Positions 17,745-28,607 are shown, counted from the stretch's first letter. The stretch is DNA of 64,000 nucleotides from an uncultured Gemmatimonadales bacterium (GCA_963798085.1 CAWCRS010000001.1:96001-160000); one strand, 5' to 3'. Program-made: numbers and translations. Notes: generated by a model from the letters alone, not told the origin.

Positions 17745-19148
17745 GTGCCTTTGCGTAACCGGCTGCAATCGGGCGCGTCACTGCTGCGCAGTGCCTTGCG
17801 CGGCGAAGGCGTGGACCCGGCGCGTGACGCGCTGACCCGCGCCATCGTCTTCCTCGCCGTGCCCATGGTGCTCGAGATGGTGATGGAGTCCATCTTCGCG
17901 GTGGTCGACATCTTCTTCGTTTCCCGCCTGGGCGCGGAAGCGGTTGCCGCCGTCGGCCTCACCGAGTCGATGCTCGCCATCGTCTACACGCTCGCGGGCG
18001 GGCTTTCGATCGGCGTGATGGCCATGGTCGCGCGCCGCATGGGCGCACGTGACCCGGATGGCGCCGCCGATGCCGCTGTGCAGGCCATTGCCCTGGGTCT
18101 GCTGGTGGCCGTGGTCTTCGGCATTGTCGCCGGCGTCAACGCGCCGCGCCTTCTGCACATCATGGGCGCTGATGACAACGTGGTTCGCGTGGGCCACAAC
18201 TTCACACGCGTGATGCTCTCGGGCAGTGGCGTGATACTGCTGCTGTTCCTGAACAACGCGGCGTTCCGCGGCGCCGGCGACGCCGCCGTAGCCATGCGTG
18301 TGCTCTGGACCGCGAACCTCATCAACCTGATCCTGGACCCCTGCCTGATCTTCGGGCTGGGACCGTTTCCGAAGCTGGGTGTGCTGGGCGCCGCCGTGGC
18401 TACCACCACGGGCCGCGGCTCAGCCGTGGTTCTGCAGCTGGTCACACTGCTGCGGGCCGATGGCCGGCTGCGCCTGCGCGCGCGTCACCTGAAGCTGCAC
18501 CCCGCCGTCATGGCAAGGCTCGTGCGCCTGTCCGGTACCGGTACGCTGCAGGTGTTCATCGGCACGGCCAGCTGGATCGGACTGGTGCGCATCCTGTCGA
18601 CGTTCGGCAGCAACGCACTGGCCGGCTACACCATCGCCATTCGCATTGTGCTGTTCGCACTGCTTCCCGCGTGGGGCCTGGCCAACGCCGCCGCCACACT
18701 CGTGGGCCAGAGCCTGGGCGCGAAGAACCCGGAACGCGCCGAACAGGCTGTTTGGCTGGCCGGCTTCATGAATCTGCTGTTCCTGGGCAGTGTGGGCATC
18801 CTCTTCATACTGCTGGCGCCGCAGATCGTGCACTTCTTCGGGGGCGACCCGGTCACCGCCGGGTTCGCGTCGCGCGGCCTGCGCATTGTCAGTGCCGGCT
18901 TCTTCTTCTACGCCTACGGCATGGTGCTGACGCAGTCCTTCAACGGCGCCGGCGCCACCTGGACGCCGACGATCCTGAACCTGTTCTGCTTCTGGCTCTG
19001 GGAAATCCCCGTTGCCTGGGCACTGTCACACAATGCCGGCTTCGGTGCTAACGGCGTGTTCCTGGCCATCACCACCGCCTTCTCCATCATCGCGGTCGTA
19101 AGTGCCATCCTCTTCCGCAGAGGGAGGTGGAAGTTGAGTGTGGTGTAA
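17745..19148 (+). CDS. MATE family efflux transporter
   Basis: LAVPMVLEMVMESIFAVVDIFFVSRLG, FRGAGDA, NLILDPCLIFG and LVGQSLGAK. GTG start chosen after GGAG (ORF open from 17703). Confidence 0.93.
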   Translation: MPLRNRLQSGASLLRSALRGEGVDPARDALTRAIVFLAVPMVLEMVMESIFAVVDIFFVSRLGAEAVAAVGLTESMLAIVYTLAGGLSIGVMAMVARRMGARDPDGAADAAVQAIALGLLVAVVFGIVAGVNAPRLLHIMGADDNVVRVGHNFTRVMLSGSGVILLLFLNNAAFRGAGDAAVAMRVLWTANLINLILDPCLIFGLGPFPKLGVLGAAVATTTGRGSAVVLQLVTLLRADGRLRLRARHLKLHPAVMARLVRLSGTGTLQVFIGTASWIGLVRILSTFGSNALAGYTIAIRIVLFALLPAWGLANAAATLVGQSLGAKNPERAEQAVWLAGFMNLLFLGSVGILFILLAPQIVHFFGGDPVTAGFASRGLRIVSAGFFFYAYGMVLTQSFNGAGATWTPTILNLFCFWLWEIPVAWALSHNAGFGANGVFLAITTAFSIIAVVSAILFRRGRWKLSVV

Positions 19149-19197
19149 GCGGAGGCGTACTTCCCGGCCGGGAGTTGGCGGAGGACTGGCCACTCGT

Positions 19198-19371
19198 TTC
19201 GTCATGCGGCCACGCAACCTGACACCCGACGATGAGACGGGCACCGGCAGGTACAGCGAGCACCAGATCTTCAATGCGCTGTGCTCCGGGCTGCGCCCGC
19301 GCGCGACACCCGACGGCGCGATCACGTCCGGCACGCCTGGCCTGGGCAACTGCCCGAAGAATCCGGATTAC
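19198..19371 (+). pseudogene. Possible internal fragment of a c-type cytochrome gene
   Basis: RPRNLTPDDETGTGRYSEHQIFNAL.SGLRP resembles the NLTPD.ETG.G.WS......AL..G segment of diheme cytochrome c subunits. No CxxCH or signal peptide remains. Confidence 0.5.
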
Positions 19372-19420
19372 CAGACGAAAGCCAAGGCCGATGTCCAATC
19401 CCGGATCGGCGCTAACGATC

Positions 19421-20125
19421 TCAATCTGACGTGTCGGTGGCCGTTTCGGCGAGGCGAGTCAGCTCGCTGACGACGTTCTCCAGCTTTTCCGCTTCCGACT
19501 TCGACAATCGCCGGAGAATCGCGCGCAGCCCACCGAACACGATGGAGAGGACGGCGAGGACGATGAGGACCGGTATCACGCTGTCTGTCTTCACGGACGC
19601 AAAGACACCTGCCATCGATACGAACAGACTCAGGATGCCGGCCGGCAGGAATGCGATGAGCGCGGCATTGTTCAGATTGCTGGCTGCGCGGATCGTCGTG
19701 CTGCCGTCCCTGGACCAGACACTCACGTGCCTCTCGACGAAGTCGCCGCGTGCGCTCCATTCGAGGGAGCCGCGGATGTCAGCGACTTCTCCCTGCAACC
19801 CCGTCGTGTCGCGAATGAGCGAGAGCACGCGTGGCGCATCCTCCGGAGCGATCACGCCCTCCACGGTTCGCTCGAATTGCAGCTGCAGCGGAGCTCCGAT
19901 CAGCGGATTCTCAGGCGCGCCGCGGCGCAGCGCGACATCGCGCGCCGCCTCCTCGATGCGTCGGGGATCGATGCCCGCTTCGCCCGCGATCGCCCTGAGC
20001 TCGGCGAGCGAGAGACCCTCGCGTTTCGAAAGGCTGCGCGACGGGGCGTGCTGCACCGCCCGCTTGAGGATCTCGCGAACCTCGGTGTCGGTGAATCGCC
20101 GGTCGTCGATCGGGGTGTCCGCCAT
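19421..20125 (-). CDS. Hypothetical membrane protein
   Basis: N-terminal RRFTDTEVREILKRA...LSLAELRAIAGEAGIDP motif and two C-terminal TM helices. Confidence 0.75.
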   Translation of the reverse strand: MADTPIDDRRFTDTEVREILKRAVQHAPSRSLSKREGLSLAELRAIAGEAGIDPRRIEEAARDVALRRGAPENPLIGAPLQLQFERTVEGVIAPEDAPRVLSLIRDTTGLQGEVADIRGSLEWSARGDFVERHVSVWSRDGSTTIRAASNLNNAALIAFLPAGILSLFVSMAGVFASVKTDSVIPVLIVLAVLSIVFGGLRAILRRLSKSEAEKLENVVSELTRLAETATDTSD

Positions 20126-20349
20126 CGCTATCGTACGCTAGCCGGTGCCGACGCTGTGGGCCAGACGGGCGCTCGACCTGGACGTTCCTCGACTTCGAAG
20201 CGATTCCGAGTCGGTCCGCCTGACAGCTCGAACAATCCCTCCGACTGGTGTTGCGGTTTCGGCTGGCCAGGCAACATTCATCGCAGTCAATGCCGTATCG
20301 GCCGCTGACGGCAACACCAATTACGGCAAGCATTGACCGGAGTCAACCT

Positions 20350-23300
20350 GTGAGAACGAACGCTACCATCCGTCATCGCCGCTTCGAGTCAGGCCGCCCG
20401 GAATGGGCGATGCTCGCGGCAGTCCTGCTCGCTTTGACGTCCGCGGCGCCGGTCCTGGGCCTCCAGGCCAGTGATCCGAGCGCACGCGCGGCGGACCGGG
20501 CGGATTCGTCGAAGAAGGTGCTCAACGTCGCGGACTACGCGCGCTGGCGCACGATCGGAGACAAAAGCATCTCGAGCGACGGCCGCTGGGTCACGTGGGT
20601 CTATCGCTTCACGAACGTCGCCCAGAAGGACGAGAAGCCCGAGTTGCACGTCCTGAATCTCGAGACGAACCAGGACGTGAAGATCGCCGGTGCGAGCCGC
20701 GGCACGTTCTCCCCGGACGGCCGCTGGATCGTCTACCAGGTCGACTCGATTCCCTCGCGAGGCGGCCGCGGCGGCGGCGGGCCGGACAGCGCGGGTGCGG
20801 GCGGACAGGGTGGAGGCGGTCGGGGCGGTGCGCCGTCGACGTTGCACCGCATGGAGCTGCGCAACCTCGCCACCGCAACGACGCAGGTCTGGCACGACAT
20901 GCAGTCGGCGACCTTCAACCATTCCTCGACGCACGTGCTGGTGCGGAATCGCGCCGCCAGCGGAGGTGGCGGCCGCGGTGGCTTCGGCGGTGGCAGGGGT
21001 GGAGCCGGTGCCTCGCCCGCGGCCCGGGGATCGGACGCCATTCTCTTCGATCTGGCAACCGGGCGCGGACAGCTGCTCGGAAGCGTCGGTGACGCGGAGT
21101 TCAATCGCGCCGGCGACATGCTCGCGTATACGGTGGACGCGACAACGCGTGATGGTAACGGCCTGTTTGTGGTCGACCTCGCGTCGGGCGCGACGCGAGC
21201 CCTCGACAACGAAGCGCGCACTTACAGCCGCCTCGCCTGGAACGAGGCAGGTAATGGCGTCGCCGTGCTCAAGGGCAAGGACGTCCCGAAGATGAGGGAG
21301 CGCGACAACGTGCTCCTCGTGGTTCGCGATGTGCGCGCCGCGCTCGCCAATGCGAAGCTGCCACCGGCAAGGCTCGACTCGTCGGCCGCCGGCTTTCCCA
21401 GGGGCTGGGTCCTCAGCGAACGCGCGCCGCTCAGCTGGAGTGGGGACGGCGCTCGCGTGTTCCTCGGCGCCATGCCCCAGACGCCCGCCATCGACACGAT
21501 CAAGGTGGAGAGCTCGGATTCCACGACCGACGTCGACGTGTGGCGCACGGACGACCGCTGGATCCAGTCCGAGCAGATGATCCGCGCGCAGCGCGATCGC
21601 AACTTCACGTACAACGAGGCGTTCGACGTCACGCGCGGCGCGTACGTCGCACTCAGTGACTCGACGATGCGCGATCTGGAGATCTCGACGGATGGCCGTT
21701 GGGGTGTAGGTCGCGATGCGCGCGCCTATATCTCCGACTGGAAGCCCGACCTCGCCGATTTCTATCGCGTGAACACTGCGACGGGCGAGCGGACGCTGAT
21801 GTTCAAGGGGCTGCTGACACAGCAGTCGACGTTCGGCATCTCGCCGGACAGCCGCAAGTTCGTGTTCTGGAAGGACGACCGGTTCCAGGCGTACGATCTC
21901 GACACGGGCGCGACGACGACGCTCGGCGTCGACGCACCGACGTTCGTGGACACCACGTTCGACCATCCCGGACCGAAGCCATCGTGGGGAGTGGCCGGCT
22001 TCACGAGCGACGGCAAGAGCGTGATCGTGTCCGATCGCTACGACCTGTGGACACTCCCGCTCGATGGCAAGAGTGCGGCGCGCAACATCACGAACGGGCT
22101 CGGCACGAAGAACCGCACGCGCTTCCGCCTGGTACGCCCGGAACCGATCGACCCGCTGGCGACGCGGCGGGAACGCACCGGTCGCGAATACGACCTGAGC
22201 AAGCCGGTCACGCTCTCGGCATTTGGCGAGCTGACGAAGAAGTCAGGGTTCGATCGCCTGTCGAAAGGTCGCGTCGATAACATCGTGTTCGACGACGCCA
22301 GCTACGACACGCCGGACAAGGCCGCCCACGCCGACCGCTTCCTGTTCACGCGCGAAACCTTCACGGAGTCACCCGACCTGCGCGTGTCCGGACCCGACTT
22401 CGCCGGCGCGAAGCGCATCACGGATTCCAACCCGCAGCAGGCCGAGTACCGCTGGGGCCACGCGCAGCTGTTCGACTTCACGGACAAGCACGGTCATGCA
22501 CTGCAGGGACTGCTCTGGCTGCCGGACGATTACCAGCAGGGCGAAAGGCGACCCACGCTCGTCACCTTCTACGAGAAGAATTCGCAGATCCTGAACCGGT
22601 ACCCGATGCCGGAGCTGCTCGTCAGCATGGGGCGTCCGGCCATTGAGGCCGTGAGCCGCGGCTACATCGTGATGATCCCCGACGTCTGGTACAACACGGG
22701 CACATCGCACGACGACCAGCTCGATTGCGTCGAAGCTGCGACTCGCAAGGTGATCGCGATGGGCTACGTCGATCCGCAGCACATTGGTCTCCACGGGCAC
22801 AGCTACGGCGGCGAGGGCGCGGCGTACATCGGAACGAGGTCCCATCTCTTCGCGGCGGTAGGCGAGGGCGCGGGCGTCACCGATCTCTACACGGACTTCA
22901 GCCAGGAATGGGGCTGGTCCTATCAGGTGAGCGGCGGGTCCGGGCAGAACGGCAACCAGTACTACATCTATGGACAGGGACGCTGGGGCGTATCGCCGTG
23001 GGAAAAGCCGGACGTGTATCGCGACGAGTCGGCGCTCACGCACGCGGCGGAGGCGTCGCAACCCATCCTGATCCTGCACGGCACCGCGGATCCGACGGTC
23101 TCGTTCAATGAGAGTCTCAAGTTCTACAACGCGCTCCGTTACAACGGGAAGGAAGCGATTCTGCTCGCCTATCCGAACGAGGGCCACCACCTCGACAAAC
23201 TCGGGAACCGGAAGGATTTCACGCTTCGATTCTTCGAGTTCTTCGACCACTACCTGAAGGGCGCGCCGGCCGCGAAGTGGATGACCGGTGAGGTGCCCTT

Positions 23301-23361
23301 TCTCGAGAAATCGGCCGTGAATCGTCCCGTGGCCGAGACGGCGGGCGGGAATCACCGATGA
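20350..23361 (+). CDS. Secreted S9 (prolyl oligopeptidase-family) serine peptidase
   Basis: Signal peptide, beta-propeller repeats (SSDGRW, SPDGRW) and triad motifs GHSYGG, HGTADPTV and YPNEGHH. GTG start after GGAG (ORF open from 20248). Confidence 0.92.
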   Translation: MRTNATIRHRRFESGRPEWAMLAAVLLALTSAAPVLGLQASDPSARAADRADSSKKVLNVADYARWRTIGDKSISSDGRWVTWVYRFTNVAQKDEKPELHVLNLETNQDVKIAGASRGTFSPDGRWIVYQVDSIPSRGGRGGGGPDSAGAGGQGGGGRGGAPSTLHRMELRNLATATTQVWHDMQSATFNHSSTHVLVRNRAASGGGGRGGFGGGRGGAGASPAARGSDAILFDLATGRGQLLGSVGDAEFNRAGDMLAYTVDATTRDGNGLFVVDLASGATRALDNEARTYSRLAWNEAGNGVAVLKGKDVPKMRERDNVLLVVRDVRAALANAKLPPARLDSSAAGFPRGWVLSERAPLSWSGDGARVFLGAMPQTPAIDTIKVESSDSTTDVDVWRTDDRWIQSEQMIRAQRDRNFTYNEAFDVTRGAYVALSDSTMRDLEISTDGRWGVGRDARAYISDWKPDLADFYRVNTATGERTLMFKGLLTQQSTFGISPDSRKFVFWKDDRFQAYDLDTGATTTLGVDAPTFVDTTFDHPGPKPSWGVAGFTSDGKSVIVSDRYDLWTLPLDGKSAARNITNGLGTKNRTRFRLVRPEPIDPLATRRERTGREYDLSKPVTLSAFGELTKKSGFDRLSKGRVDNIVFDDASYDTPDKAAHADRFLFTRETFTESPDLRVSGPDFAGAKRITDSNPQQAEYRWGHAQLFDFTDKHGHALQGLLWLPDDYQQGERRPTLVTFYEKNSQILNRYPMPELLVSMGRPAIEAVSRGYIVMIPDVWYNTGTSHDDQLDCVEAATRKVIAMGYVDPQHIGLHGHSYGGEGAAYIGTRSHLFAAVGEGAGVTDLYTDFSQEWGWSYQVSGGSGQNGNQYYIYGQGRWGVSPWEKPDVYRDESALTHAAEASQPILILHGTADPTVSFNESLKFYNALRYNGKEAILLAYPNEGHHLDKLGNRKDFTLRFFEFFDHYLKGAPAAKWMTGEVPFLEKSAVNRPVAETAGGNHR

Positions 23362-23540
23362 GCGCGCCCGTCGGGCGGCCGAGCGCGTCCTGCCGGGCTG
23401 CCCGGTTTGGTGACTCGGCCGTGCGCCAGGTCGTTAGCGAGAACCTGCCGCCTTCGGTCGGCCCTTTGACGGTCCGCTGCGCGTGCTGCACATTTGGCCG
23501 CCGCACCAACCGTCCGCTACCGATTCCAGTGAGGTCCGCC

Positions 23541-25424
23541 GTGCGCCCGCGTATCCTTGCCACCGCGCTCGTCTCGCTCGTCGTCTTGACAGCCGCGTCT
23601 CTTCCCGTGTCCGGCCAGAAGGGCTCGGCGGCCCGGGCCGACCAGAAGCCGGTCTGGCCCGACGAGGGCCCGGCCGTGTGGGCGCCCCGGCCCACCGTCG
23701 CCGACATCACGGCCAACGATCTGCGCACTCGCCTGTACGGCTTCGCCGACGACTCGATGATGGGCCGGCGCATTGGCGAGCTGGGCAACCAGAAGGGCAC
23801 GGCGTACATCGCCGCGGAATACAAGCGCCTCGGCCTCGAGCCTGCCGGTGAGGGCGGGACGTACTTCCAGGACCTGCCGTATGGCCCAATTGGCTTTGAT
23901 CGTGCCGCTTCACGACTCCTCGTGGCGGGCCGCTCCGCCGCGGCAGGCCAGGACTGGATCCCGCTGACGCCTTCCGCCGCCAACGGTCTCGGCGGCACTG
24001 CCGACCTGACGAATGTGACCGCGGTGTTCGCCGGCCGGTGGGGCGACCAGACGCCACTCGACGCCGCCGCGTTCAAAGGCAAGGTCGCGGTCTTCGCCGG
24101 AGGGCCTTCCGCTGGCCGAGTCGGTGGCGCTGGCAGAGGCGGCGCGCGCGAACTCCCGAGCTGCGACGAGCTGCCCAACCGCTTCGGCGCCGAGGCCGTT
24201 CTCGCTTCCGATGCGGCGCAGCGTGCTGCGGGAGGGCAGGCCGCCGGCCGCGGCGCACGCGGCGGCCGCGGAGGACCGGGCGGCCCCACGCGCGACACAC
24301 GGGCAGTGGACGCGGGCGCCGTCGCCGTCCTTTTCGTGAACCTCGACGACGAGCCGGACGCGGCGGCCGGCGCTTTCGCGCAGCGCAGCACGATGCGACC
24401 GGAAGCGGCACCGTCCGGCGAACCCGCCGGCGCGTCCGTCACGCGCGCCACCGCGGAACGCATCTTCGGCAAGCCGGTGGATCAGTTGACGGTTGGCGCT
24501 ACTGGCAAGGCGGTGTCAGGCCACTGGGACTACGCGTGGCACATGTCGGAGTGGCCGGCGAGGAACGTGATCGGCGTCATCAAGGGATCCGATCCCGCGC
24601 GGGCCGGCGAGTACGTGCTCATCAGCGCACATAACGACCACGTCGGCGTCAATGGCCAGGCCGTGGACCACGATTCGCTGCGCGCCGTGAACATGGTGAC
24701 CCGGCGCCAGGGCGCGAACGACCCGGTGTGCCGGCCCACCGCGTCACAACAGCACGAGATCGACTCGCTCATTGCGCGCGCCCGCAGCATCCGGCCGCCG
24801 CGCAGGGACTCGATCATGAACGGAGCCGACGATGACGGCTCAGGCACCGTGATCATGCTCGAGGTCGCGGAGCGCTTCGCCGCCGAGCATCCGGCCCGCT
24901 CCATCATTTTCGTGTCTCATGAGGGTGAGGAAGCCGGACTGCTGGGATCCAGGTGGTTCACCGACCACCCCACGATTCCCCTCGCGTCCGTAGCTGCGGC
25001 GCTCAACATGGATATGGAGGCGAAGGGGCGTGTGGAGCAGGTGAAGTACGGCGGACCCACGTCGATTCAGATCCTGGGCGCCCGCCGGTTGTCCATCGAG
25101 TTCGGCAGCGTCATCGACTCCGTGAACGCGATCCGACCGGTGGTCATGGCCATCGACCGCTCATGGGATGTGTCGGGGAATCCGCTGAACCGGTTCTGCC
25201 GGAGCGACCAGGTGAACTACGTGCACCACGACGTGCCGGTCGCGTACTTCTCGACCGGCTACGCCGAGGACTATCACCAGCCGACGGACGAACCGCAGTA
25301 CGCTGACTACGATCACATGGCCAGGATCGGCGGCTTCATCCACGACATCGCCATGGCCATCGCGACGCGGCAGAACCGGCCGGCGATCTCGGGCGCCGAC
25401 CCGAGCTACCCGCAGTGCCGGTAG
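23541..25424 (+). CDS. Secreted M28 family metallopeptidase
   Basis: Signal peptide, SAHNDH, NGADDDGSG, GEEAGLLGS, LNMDM, RSDQ and YHQPTDE. GTG start after GAGG. Confidence 0.92.
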   Translation: MRPRILATALVSLVVLTAASLPVSGQKGSAARADQKPVWPDEGPAVWAPRPTVADITANDLRTRLYGFADDSMMGRRIGELGNQKGTAYIAAEYKRLGLEPAGEGGTYFQDLPYGPIGFDRAASRLLVAGRSAAAGQDWIPLTPSAANGLGGTADLTNVTAVFAGRWGDQTPLDAAAFKGKVAVFAGGPSAGRVGGAGRGGARELPSCDELPNRFGAEAVLASDAAQRAAGGQAAGRGARGGRGGPGGPTRDTRAVDAGAVAVLFVNLDDEPDAAAGAFAQRSTMRPEAAPSGEPAGASVTRATAERIFGKPVDQLTVGATGKAVSGHWDYAWHMSEWPARNVIGVIKGSDPARAGEYVLISAHNDHVGVNGQAVDHDSLRAVNMVTRRQGANDPVCRPTASQQHEIDSLIARARSIRPPRRDSIMNGADDDGSGTVIMLEVAERFAAEHPARSIIFVSHEGEEAGLLGSRWFTDHPTIPLASVAAALNMDMEAKGRVEQVKYGGPTSIQILGARRLSIEFGSVIDSVNAIRPVVMAIDRSWDVSGNPLNRFCRSDQVNYVHHDVPVAYFSTGYAEDYHQPTDEPQYADYDHMARIGGFIHDIAMAIATRQNRPAISGADPSYPQCR

Positions 25425-25440
25425 CCTGATCGCGTGAAGA

Positions 25441-25471
25441 GAGAGGCGCGGGGGATGCGACCCGCGCCTCT
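25441..25471. terminator. Hairpin terminator between convergent genes
   Basis: 12-bp stem GAGAGGCGCGGG-7nt-CCCGCGCCTCTC. Confidence 0.65.
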
Positions 25472-25539
25472 CGATCCTTCCGCGTCTGATTATCCGCCCG
25501 GCTGCGTCCTCTCCATCCGATTCTCCAGGGCGATCCTTC

Positions 25540-28230
25540 TCACCCGTGCATCAGGATCTGCCCCGGATCCAGTCGCGTCGCCTGCCTCGCCGGCACCAGC
25601 GCCGCCAGCACCGCAGCCGACAACAGGACTGCCGCTACGATCACGAACGTGATGGGGTCACCCGGCTTCACGCCGAACAGCGCGTTCCGCAACACCCGTG
25701 TGGACGCCGCCGCGAGCGCTCCGCCGATCACGAGACCGAACAACACCGGCAGGATCCCCTGCCCCGTGACGAGCGCCAGGACATTGCGTCGACTCGCACC
25801 CAGAGCCATGCGCAGCCCGATCTCGTGTGTGCGACGTTTCGCGTAATACGCCACGACGCCATAAATGCCCACGATCGCCAGCGCCAGGCCCATGAAACCC
25901 AGCACCGCGAGCAGCTGCGCGTTGAACCGGCTCGTCGCAAACGAACCACGCACCCGATCCTCCATTGACCGGACATCCCAGACCGGGACGCCGGGCGCCA
26001 CTGACGCCACGGCGTTCCGGATCGCGCGCGCGCTCGACTGCATTTCTCCACCCCGCGATCTCGCCACGAGCGCCAGCGTGTTCTGAATCCAAGAGAACGA
26101 CACGGCAGGCGCCTGGGCCAGCGGCAGGTAGAATTCGGGCCACGGCTCCCGGCCTGGGCCGCGCGACTTCACGTCTGCTGCAACCCCGATCACCGTCTTC
26201 CACATCGGATCCGCGTCCGAGCCCTCGCAGCACGCCACGCGGCGTCCGATCGGATCCTCATCGGGCCATGCAAGCCTTGCGAACCGCTCGCTCACCACCA
26301 TCACGCGATTGCCGCCCGTGACATTGCGCGAATCGAAATCCCGGCCGCGGGCAAGCCTGATTCCCATTGCGCCGAAGTAGCCCGGGGTCACGATTCGCAG
26401 CACCGTCTGGATCGAGCTCTCCACAGCCAGGGCACGGCCCTCCGGGATGAGTCCGATGAACCCGCAGCAGCCGGGCCCGGTCGGCACCTGGGAGGACAGG
26501 GCCGAGGCGACGATGTCTGGCTGCTCCTTCAGCGCCCGGCTCAGCTCGATGAACGTCCGCCGGGGCCCCTCCGAATCGCCGTAGTCCGTCGGCGGCAGCG
26601 TCACGAGCGCGGTCAGCACACCCTCCGGATGGTATCCGGGACCATCCCGTGCCAGACTGATCGCCGTTCGCACCAGCAGGCCCGCACCCGCAAGCAGCGC
26701 GAAGGCGAGTGCCACCTCGGCCGCTACGAGTATGTCGCGCGCTCGGTCCGAACCGCCCACCGTTCCCCGACCACCCGACCGCAGCGTGCCGAAGAGGTCG
26801 CGCCGGACGATCCGGAGCGCGGGCGCCGCGCCGCACAGCACCGCGCTCACGACGGCGATCGCTGCCCCGAACAGCCCTGTCGTCCCGTCCACCGAAATCA
26901 GGCCCAGGCGAGGCACTCCCGGCGGCGCCGCCGCGATCAGCGCGCGCATCCCGGCCCAGCCCAGCAGTCCACCCGCCAGTGCGCCGAGCACCGACAGCAC
27001 CAGACTCTCCGTCAGCAGCTGCCGAACCAGCCGCCGTTGTCCCGCACCGATCGCCGCTCTCACCCCCAGCTCGCGCAGCCGCCCGGTGCCGCGGGCCAGC
27101 AGCAGATTCGCGACGTTCGCGCACGCGATCAGCAGCACGAAACCCACGGCACCGAGCAGAATCAACAGCCTGGCCCTGACGTCGCCGCTCACCACGACGG
27201 CCGAGAACTGGCGCACGGTGATCTCACCGCGCGCGTTTTCCTGCGGAAAGCGCTCCTTCATCACCCGCGCCACCCGATCCATCTCCCGTTGCGCCGCCGT
27301 GCGAGTAACTCCCGGCGCGAGCCTCGCCGCCACCATGAGATAGTGCTCGTCGTGCATCTGCCGCCGCGCTTCCGTGAACGCTGCGGGAAACCAGAGCGCT
27401 TCGCCGGCGTCGAACGGGTCGAAGTCGGCCGGCATCACACCGAGCACGGTACTCGGCTGTCCGTTCAGTCGGATCTCCCGCCCCACGATCGACGAATCCG
27501 CGCGAAACCGGCTGCGCCAGAGCCCGTCCGACAGCACAACCACGCCGTCACGGCCCGGGATATCCTCCTCCGCCGTGAAGGTCCGGCCCAATGCCGGCTG
27601 CACGCCGAACACGTCCCAGAAATCGTGCGTCGCCTGGACGGCGAGGACATGCTCCGGCGATTCCTCCGTCGCAATGTTGACGTTCGTCCACCGCAGCGCC
27701 GCCATCGACGCGAATGATCGGCTGATCTCCTTCCAGTCGACGAAATTCCCCGCCGACACGTCGCTCGCGTTGGCATCGTCGCCTTCCTCGACGACCACCA
27801 CCCGGCCCGGCTCGCGAAACGCGTACGGCCGAAGCATCACGCCTTCGACCACGCTGAAGATCGCAGTGGTCCCGCCCATGCCCAGCGCCAGCGTCAAGAT
27901 CGCCGCGACGGCGAAACCGGGGGCCGTGCGCAGCTGCCGCAGCGCGTAGCGCACGTCCGTTCCGAAATCTCCAGCGATCATTCGCAGGCTTCGCCTCCGA
28001 TCCCGCCGCCGGCCGATCGCGGCGCATTCTTCCCGTAAGCGGTCCAGATCACCAAAATGTCGCAGCGCCTCCCGCCTCGCCGCCTCACTCGTCCAACCCT
28101 GCGCCTCCAGCTCACGCGTCCGCATCTCCAGATGGAACGCCAGCTCGTCCGCCACTTCGCGATCCGCATCGACCCGGAAGACGCTGCGATCGTATCGACG
28201 GCGCTCCACGCGCCGCGCGCGACCCCTCAC
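25540..28230 (-). CDS. ADOP-family ABC permease with permease-prefix domain
   Basis: DREVADELAFHLEMRTREL...ARREALRHFG prefix, DVRYALRQL, LLIACANVANLLLARG and RTHEIGLRMALGA. The GTG start overlaps the PadR stop. Confidence 0.92.
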   Translation of the reverse strand: MRGRARRVERRRYDRSVFRVDADREVADELAFHLEMRTRELEAQGWTSEAARREALRHFGDLDRLREECAAIGRRRDRRRSLRMIAGDFGTDVRYALRQLRTAPGFAVAAILTLALGMGGTTAIFSVVEGVMLRPYAFREPGRVVVVEEGDDANASDVSAGNFVDWKEISRSFASMAALRWTNVNIATEESPEHVLAVQATHDFWDVFGVQPALGRTFTAEEDIPGRDGVVVLSDGLWRSRFRADSSIVGREIRLNGQPSTVLGVMPADFDPFDAGEALWFPAAFTEARRQMHDEHYLMVAARLAPGVTRTAAQREMDRVARVMKERFPQENARGEITVRQFSAVVVSGDVRARLLILLGAVGFVLLIACANVANLLLARGTGRLRELGVRAAIGAGQRRLVRQLLTESLVLSVLGALAGGLLGWAGMRALIAAAPPGVPRLGLISVDGTTGLFGAAIAVVSAVLCGAAPALRIVRRDLFGTLRSGGRGTVGGSDRARDILVAAEVALAFALLAGAGLLVRTAISLARDGPGYHPEGVLTALVTLPPTDYGDSEGPRRTFIELSRALKEQPDIVASALSSQVPTGPGCCGFIGLIPEGRALAVESSIQTVLRIVTPGYFGAMGIRLARGRDFDSRNVTGGNRVMVVSERFARLAWPDEDPIGRRVACCEGSDADPMWKTVIGVAADVKSRGPGREPWPEFYLPLAQAPAVSFSWIQNTLALVARSRGGEMQSSARAIRNAVASVAPGVPVWDVRSMEDRVRGSFATSRFNAQLLAVLGFMGLALAIVGIYGVVAYYAKRRTHEIGLRMALGASRRNVLALVTGQGILPVLFGLVIGGALAAASTRVLRNALFGVKPGDPITFVIVAAVLLSAAVLAALVPARQATRLDPGQILMHG

Positions 28231-28574
28231 GTCGCCTCCCGGCCGGTTGGACGCAGCACTCGCGACACCGCCGCGGCGAAGCGCAGCCATTCCACTGAGT
28301 CTTCCGCCAGGCGGCGAGCCCCTGCTTTCGTGAGCCGGTAGAGCTTCGCCCGCCGGCCCAGCTCGGAGACGCCCCATTCCGCGTCGAGCCAGCCGCGCTT
28401 CTCCATGCGATACAGCGCCGGGTACAGCGAACCCTCTTCCACCCGGATCGCGCCACCCGATTCCTGCTCGATCCGCCGCGCGATCCCGTATCCGTGCAAC
28501 GGCTCTTCTTCGACCGTCCGCAGGATGAGCGAGTCGAGCGTGCCGTGGAGCCAGTCCTTGGTGGCATTGGTCAT
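28227..28574 (-). CDS. PadR family transcriptional regulator (ADOP-associated type)
   Basis: GTLDSLIL...HGYGIARRIEQ...EEGSLYPALYRME...RRAKLYRLTKAG. Confidence 0.95.
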   Translation of the reverse strand: MTNATKDWLHGTLDSLILRTVEEEPLHGYGIARRIEQESGGAIRVEEGSLYPALYRMEKRGWLDAEWGVSELGRRAKLYRLTKAGARRLAEDSVEWLRFAAAVSRVLRPTGREAT

Positions 28575-28607
28575 GGGCGGCCTGGCGTCGTGGGATCGTA
28601 ATGCGAC

